DNA of 64,000 nucleotides from Callorhinchus milii (Eukaryota): the NCBI RefSeq assembly GCF_018977255.1, contig NW_024704742.1, positions 51,152,001-51,216,000 on the forward strand. Direction: 5' to 3'. Below, piece after piece: positions 56,971 to 64,000 of the stretch. Position 1 is the stretch's first letter; the number at the start of each line of letters is the position of its first letter. The notes under the pieces are model-generated. The model saw only the letters and a program-made list of their open reading frames with translations. It did no database searches and was not told the DNA's origin. The translations under genes and the position numbers were made by a program.

Positions 56971-58394
56971 TTTAAGCGAACAATCGGTTTGCCAGAATAT
57001 TTATTTATTTGAAAATAGTTAAGATTCCAAATATTTTGTTTTGTGTTTTTTTATACTCTTTCAACTGACAAAGATTGTCAAAGGAATCAAACGTTTCACA
57101 CAATTCCTTTTGCTTTGCTATATTTAGTAGACTGTAGAATCAACATACAGAAACCAACTGTGTAACATGGTATGTATATGTGACAAAATTTTAAACCAGG
57201 CAAACAAATATTCACTTATGGTACAGTTATACTGCAGGAGTCAATTAACGTAATGTTAGTTAGAACTGCCAGTACCAACCTTGCCCTGAGCTCAGCACAA
57301 ATGACCTGCCACTATACACAGATACCCAGGTGTTTTTTGCAATGGGTAGACAGAGGTGCATTTATAGAGTTCTGATTTTTAACCGTATCATGCAACTTTA
57401 AAACAAATTTAACAAACCTTAGGTGGAATGCCAATAACTTTTACACTTATCAAATTGCTCCACACTGGCCTCAGTCATAATTATACTACAGCAAAGCCTA
57501 AGTGGTGCTTGACTAACTCCTTGAAGGATCTCATGCTGCCTGCCAAAGTGGGTACCACGTTCCTGAAATAAGTTATATTGAAGAATTCAAATCAGTTCAA
57601 TATAATTTTACACCGAATAAGCATAAATTCAATACAACAGTAGATCAATATGCAGCAGAAGTCAATTTCAGCAAAAATGTATTCACACTTGTCATTCATC
57701 GATGTCCTGGCCAATAATCCCCCAAATAAAATTGGTATGACCACCTCACCTAATCCCTGCCTTAACCTTCAGTCTTTCCATCCACTTCTTGAAATCAGTC
57801 AATCAATTTCACATTTAAGAATTTTTGAGACAATGCATTCTAAAATTATTTTACTCTCAACAAGAAAAAAATAATTCTAGCCCAGTTCAAACTATTTAGC
57901 CTTGATTATAACATTAAATCTTCAAACAGTGTTGGCCTACTAGGGGAAAAAGTCACTGTCTGTTTACTATGTCAACTACCTTCTGAATCTTGAATGCCCC
58001 TTAATCCCCTTAGCTCCAGTGAGGAATTACCTGTGGAGCTCTTTGAGACATTTTGACATGATATGGCGTTAACAAAAGATCAGCTCTTTCTTACTTAAAC
58101 CCTAGGCATTCATTGTACGTCAAAATATTGCCTGCAATACTAAATCGATATGATAAACAAGAAATAATTGAATCGAGTTCCCAGATTGACGCTAAGTCAC
58201 TTACATTAAAGTATTTTCAAGTTAATGTGAAATTTGGTAGCTATCATTCAAAGTAATAAGAAACATTTAAAAGCCTAAGGGAAAGCTTGGTCATTTGACT
58301 GTGTTATCGAACAATGTAGAAGCTGGAAACCTGGGTTCAATAATGAGGCAGAAAAATACTGTATATTTAAAAACTTCTTCTGTGCTACATCTAA

Positions 58395-58672
58395 GTATTA
58401 TAATAATAATAATCCTTGCATTTGATATAGCACCTTATCAGGTTTTCGAGACGTCTCAAAGCGCTTCACAGAATATACTGTAAAGTTAATTGACTGTATT
58501 TTGGGGGCGAAACGCGGCAGCCAATTGCTCACAGCAGTGTCCCACAAACAGTAGCGAATTGAAGTGACCAATTTATTATTATTATTATTTTTTTTGAAGG
58601 AATTTTTACCCCCAGAAAAGCGATCCGACAAATCGACTAACAACCCGGTTTCTACTTACTGCTTGGTAAACA
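58395..58672 (-). mobile_element. SINE family A copy lacking head
   Basis: Closely similar to 6903-7195 and 10983-11296. Confidence 0.82.
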
Positions 58673-59499
58673 GCAGGCCCATTGTCACGACCAATTCTTC
58701 ATATTGAACAGTGAGTTTTAGCAATTATTTAACCATGACTGATCAGAACATAGATTTTCTTAGAAACATAAGAAACCAGGGAACAAGAAAGGCCCATTCA
58801 GCCAATCAAGCCAATACCTTCATGGTGCAGGTAACACCTCTTCTACACCCCAAAGGTACATCAAGATATACTCCAAATTCTTATGTAACCTTACATCTTA
58901 CACCCTACACCAATTGTGTTTCCATAGTCATAGCACCTCTGGATGTTTAACACAGTATTTTATTTATCTCAATTCTCATCTATCCTTACTTTTCAATCTC
59001 TCTCTAGTATATCAATAACTACTTTTGCACATCTGCTTTTGGTTTGGGTGAAAAAATCTTGCAATCTCAAGCGTTGCAGGAGGCTTGTTCATTTTATTTT
59101 AATGTTCTCTACTTCTGCACTTAAAAAGTACATGCTGAATAACCTGTTTGCCTCAACAAATGTCCCTCTTCTTGAAATCTTACTAATTACACCAATATCC
59201 ACTGGAAGTCGTCACAAAATTTTAATACAAACTGATCTGAGTTTACTTCGATCTCAGATCTATTAAACCAAATGACTATCAGTGTTGGAAGGATCAGTTT
59301 ACAAATTTGTTCATATGAGGTTGAAGACCTACCTCTATGGTGTCGGGTAAATTGATTATACTTTAAAAATAATATTATAGTAAAGCCAATTCCAATTCTC
59401 CTGGTCGTATGTGTCCTAAGGGACTAAGGATGCCCAAATCATAAAACGACAGTATTGGGTCGAGCTCTACTCTGGAGTTTTCAGCTCTAATCTCCTGGT

Positions 59500-59697
59500 G
59501 TCCTGCCAACAATCTCCCAAATAAAATTGATATCTCACTCCATGGCTGTTTGTGGGACACTGTTGTGCACAAACTGGCTGCCCCGTTTCGCCCACAAAAT
59601 ACACAGTCAAACCACTTTATAGTCTATCCTGTGAAGCGTTTGAGATGTCTTGATAATGTGATAAGGCACTGTATCAAATGCAAGGATTACTATTATT
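59500..59697 (+). mobile_element. Deu-domain SINE, 3' part
   Basis: ggtgtcctgccaac...ggctgtttgtgggacactg...gtgaagcgtttgagatgtc...tcaaatgcaaggatta. Confidence 0.75.
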
Positions 59698-61189
59698 GTC
59701 TTCCTGTTGCTTCATTCTATAAGACTCTCTGAGTCTATATGTTCTTGTATATTGGGCATGATATGGACTGATGCAATGGGCTAACCTCAAAAACAGGTTG
59801 CTGCGGTGTACCCATCAAACAAACTGGTTGAAAACCTGTAGTCATTAGCTCAGTTAAGCATAACAATCCTCAGAATTGTTTTCCTTTCTTAAAAATCACT
59901 AGAAACACATTGTATCACTGTTGCTTTTTTTTGCCACAAATGCCACAAGAATAGAACACATAGAAAAATAGTACACTACAATTAAGGATTGAAAATGTAT
60001 AAAAAGCAGTTTTGAACTGTAAAATATAAAAGAATCCTTAATAATTTGATATATTGCCTTATCACAGCTCAAAGAGCCCACAGATATACTGTGGTGTGAC
60101 AGTGTATATTTTGAATATTGGGTAAAAAGATTTGAAACAATCAATTAATAAATGTCTATAACTAGTTTTCTATTGTTTGTTTCAAAAAATGAAGTTATGC
60201 CAAACTTGAAATTTATACTTTGCGCCTTTTTAAAAATATAATGATTCTGGAAGCCAATATAGTTCCCAATAGTGCATTCCAATGAATATAATACGTCACA
60301 GATAAGCTCAGATCTGTACAGTAGCACGGAGAATAGTCTAGTTACAGACAATCATTACAATTAAACTTAGCACATACTTTTTTTTATCCTTGGAACTTTC
60401 CTTGGATGCAGAAAAAGGCATTTTTGGAAGATTTGACCGGGAGTAGCTATTGTAATCACTATACAGATTTGATTTTGGTCCAAATACTGTAATACAATGT
60501 TAGAGAAGCTCAAAGGTAAATTTGGCTCAATCGGAATTATCTCTCTTTGCAAACACAGAGCTATATTCTCACTTCTTCTGCTATTTGTTTTAGTATTAGC
60601 ATGCTTAACAACTACTTCTTTCCGTAAGAGAACCACAAATCATGAATATCTACGTTGCTAACCAGAAAAATGAGGATAATATTATGGTCATGCTTTTGTT
60701 ACCTTTAACTAACAAACTTTGCAATTTACTGAAGTCACCATAACTTTGTATGGGGGCGGTGGGGGGTGTAGCTACTCCTCAACCTAGCAATATTGCTTTT
60801 ATTTTTTTAAAAAAATTGGACAGGAGAACTCTTAAAAGATATTAAGATAAATATTAAAGATAAATTCCCATTATGCAGCAACCCCTCTTGTCCAAGGAAT
60901 GGATTTTTCTATTTCATTAGAATATCGAGTAGGAAAGCATGCAGCGAGGAGAATCTGCAATGGCCCATGACTTCATGAATTAGAAGAAAATCAGTTTATC
61001 CATACAAAATGTACTGCACTTAAGATGCTTAGTTTGTTTGGGAGTGAGTGCATTAATGAATTTGATATAGGAACCTAGGAAAACAGGAACAGGCCATTCA
61101 GCACATCAAGCTGGTTTATTAGATTTATCTGGTTTATCAGATCTCAGCAATGTTTAAATCCCATTTCCCTGACCTTGCGCCATGTCTCT

Positions 61190-61460
61190 TAACAACAACA
61201 AATTGCATTTATATAGTGCCTTTCCCTCACCCTGCCCGCCCCACCATCAGCAGTCGGGCCTTAAGTCTTTCTAACCCTATCCTCTGGAACTCCATCTTGG
61301 AATCCCATTGTCTCACTCCCTCCCTCGCCTCCTTCTAGGCCCATCTCAAGACCTTCTTTTTGACCGTGCCCCCTTGCTCCACCCCCTTGCTCTCCACCCT
61401 TCTTGAATCAGCTCGGTTGCAAACCCGACTGTCCAGTGTCTTGGGACATCCCTCCCATAT
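61190..61460. mobile_element. L2 3' fragment(s) nested in an antisense CR1 remnant (~61070-61600)
   Basis: Minus-oriented tail aacaacaacaaattgcatttatatagtgccttt followed by plus-oriented cctgcccgccccaccatc...ctctggaactccatc...ctcaagaccttctttttgaccgtgcc. Confidence 0.6.
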
Positions 61461-62559
61461 CCAAGTATCTGCCTGTCTCTTTTTAAACATCCATATTAAT
61501 TGCACTTCTATAGCTTTCTGGGTTAAGAGCATTCTACATCTTCACAACCCGCTATGTGAAAAAAAACGCTTTCTGACCTCAATTGTAATTCTCTCAGTTC
61601 TTAGCAGTAGTACATCATGAAAGGTGCCAACAACCTGTATTTAATATGTTTTTTAAAACAGGAAAAAAGTATAAGGAAGTACTTTCAAAGTACTCTCCCA
61701 CTCAATACTAGAAAATATCTGTATAAAATGTTTTGTTGTTTCAATAAAAACATAAATTTCCTAACCGCCACAAGGGTCCACAAGCCAGGTTAACCCCACA
61801 GCTGCACTGAACTCTTTGGTGGCAGTATTTTCAAGTGGCTCAATAGAAAATAGTGGTGTGTGGGGCAGCAGAGAAGAGAGGAATCACTAAGAATCATTAA
61901 GCTTTACCAAAAGTTTGCTCACGCTACCAAAAAAAACTCTACATCCAGCTAATTATTTTGATAAATGCTTAACCTTACAATTCTCAAGCTGCATTGACAT
62001 TCTCCAGAAGTAAATTAAGTTGAAACAAACTACATCGCATTTTATGAAATGTACCTGCACACGAGTACAGATGGTGATAGACACTGAAAGCCCTTGTGTA
62101 TTTTCTGTTTGCAGATCAACCAGAAATTGATCATTAGGCAAAAAAAATGTCTCACCAGGGTCTTAATGACTGATGAACAGTCTTGATCTCATTCTATACT
62201 GCCAAATTAGATTTTAGTTCTGCATTAATATACCTACTTTGGCGACAGTACTGGAAAAGAACAAGATTGTTCATCAGTTAAACCGAGAGGATGGAAAAAT
62301 CCTTTTCTGAATCTAGATCGATTTCCAGCTGCATACATCAACACAAACTATAAATAAAACTGTATAAAAGTCAATTGAACATTGTGTCATTTCAGGCTTT
62401 AGCAAGTTGGCTAAAACCATAAACTTGAGTTTAGGATTCTCAGCCACAAAATACGCAGACAATCCACTTTACAATATATTCTATGAGATGTCTCAATGAT
62501 GCGATACATTAAATGGCCACCTAGTTTGTTTCCAAAAAATATTCACTATAATTTACAAT

Positions 62560-64000
62560 AACTATTATAAAATGTGTAAACTGGTCTGAACTGTTAGTGG
62601 GTAAACCTGCAGATGAACATGGGAAGTATTCAAAAAAGTATTTGATACAATACAGAACAAGTACATACCCTTAACTTGCAAAAGCTCCAATCGGGTAGTT
62701 AAGCAACCATGGTGGACAAAAGAGTGAACTGTATTAAGCTAAAAGGCTTACTCAACTGCAAGAAAAAATGGAAATGCAGAGGACTGGGAGAACTACAAAA
62801 GGCAACAAAGGGATACAAAGAAAGTAATAAGAAGAGTAAAAAGGGAGTGTGAAAAAAAACTTGCAAGGGTTATTAAAACCAATAATAAAACCTTTTATAA
62901 ATATATTAAGAGAATGGTCAAGGAAAATGTGGGTCTGTTAAAGACAGTTGTAGGTGAGACTTTTAACGAAAAATAAGGAAATGGCTGACTTGTTAAATAA
63001 ATACTTCGCTACCGTTTTTATAGCAGAGGATGAGGACAAAATACCAGCTGTACAGGGTTACCTAAAAATAAGTCAAAGAAAAATGCTTAATAAAATTAAT
63101 ATAACTAAAAAAATGGTAAATAGAGAAAATAATGAAACTCAAGATAGACCAATCTCCAGTACCTGACAGTTTCCACCCCAGGTTGTTAAAGGAAATAGGA
63201 GAGGAAATTGCAGATGCATTTGTCATAATTTTCCAAAGCTCCCTTGATTTGGGAATTGTGCCCTGAGATTGGAAAATTGCAAATGTCACCCCTTTATTTA
63301 AGAAGGGAGGGAGGGAGAAACCAGTGAACTACAGACCTGTCAGCTTAATGTCAGTGTAGGGAAGTGTGAGGAAAATACTGGAATCCATCATCAGCGACAG
63401 AGTGACTGAACACTTGGACAGATATGAGCCAGTCAAAGAGAGTCAGCATGGGTTTGTGAAGGGTAGGTCATGTCTGACTAATCCAGTTGAATTTTTTGAG
63501 GAGGTCACTAAAATGGTGGATAAGAGCATGTCTATGGATGTTGTTTATATGGACTTTCAGAAGGCATCTGATAAGGTTCCACACAAAAGATTATGAGCAA
63601 AAATGGAAGCGCATGGAGTCAAAAGTAACCTTGTGACGTGGCTTGGTAATTCGTTGGGAGGCAGGAAACAGAGGGTAGGGATAAAGGGAACGTTCTCTGA
63701 TTGGCGGGATATGACAAGTGGTGTTCCTCAGGGGTCTGGACTGGGACCCCATATATATATATGAATGACTTGGATGAAGGACTAGAAAGTTTTATATCCA
63801 AGTTTGCAGACGACATTAAGCTAGGAGGCTCAGTAAGTTGTGTAGATGGGAGTAGGAAGTTACAAAGGGACTTAAGACAGATTAAGTGAGTGGGCAAAGC
63901 TGTGGCAGATGGAATTCAATGTAGGGAAGTGTGAGGCCATCCACTATGGATGGAAAAACAATGAAGCAGAATATTTTATTAAAGGAAGAAATTAAGAACT
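62560..64000 (+). mobile_element. CR1-clade LINE, decayed ORF2 (RT region), runs off the window end
   Basis: EMADLLNKYF, ANVTPLFKKG, NYRPVSL, QHGFVKGRSCLTN, DVVYMDFQKA.DKVPH, SGVPQGS, ISKFADDIKLGG, with stops and frameshifts. Confidence 0.92.

Overview
Vertebrate genomic DNA, not prokaryotic. The repeat landscape (CR1, L2, Deu-domain SINEs) and moderate intron sizes suggest a cartilaginous fish; this is inference. The window lies inside one minus-strand gene, FRYL (furry-like). I traced 30 consecutive coding exons from 54452 down to 1472 (3993 nt, 1331 codons). All introns are GT..AG and phases are consistent. The first coding exons and the C-terminal half lie outside the window. The introns hold a near-intact ~3.45 kb L2 LINE (APE endonuclease + RT) with a non-AUG ORF start and a C-terminal 2-nt frameshift, decayed CR1 and L2 pieces, at least two tRNA-derived SINE families with L2-type 3' stem-loops, a non-autonomous Helitron with duplicated 5' modules and MITE-like inverted-repeat elements. 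A decayed TRIM-type PRY-SPRY (B30.2) fragment is joined to an L2 segment. I found no convincing wholly new biological system. The best leads are the TRIM/L2 chimera, the apparently chimeric SINE, a stop-free in-frame 123-nt intron and several intronic fold-back structures. Family assignments rest on recalled sequence motifs, not on database searches.
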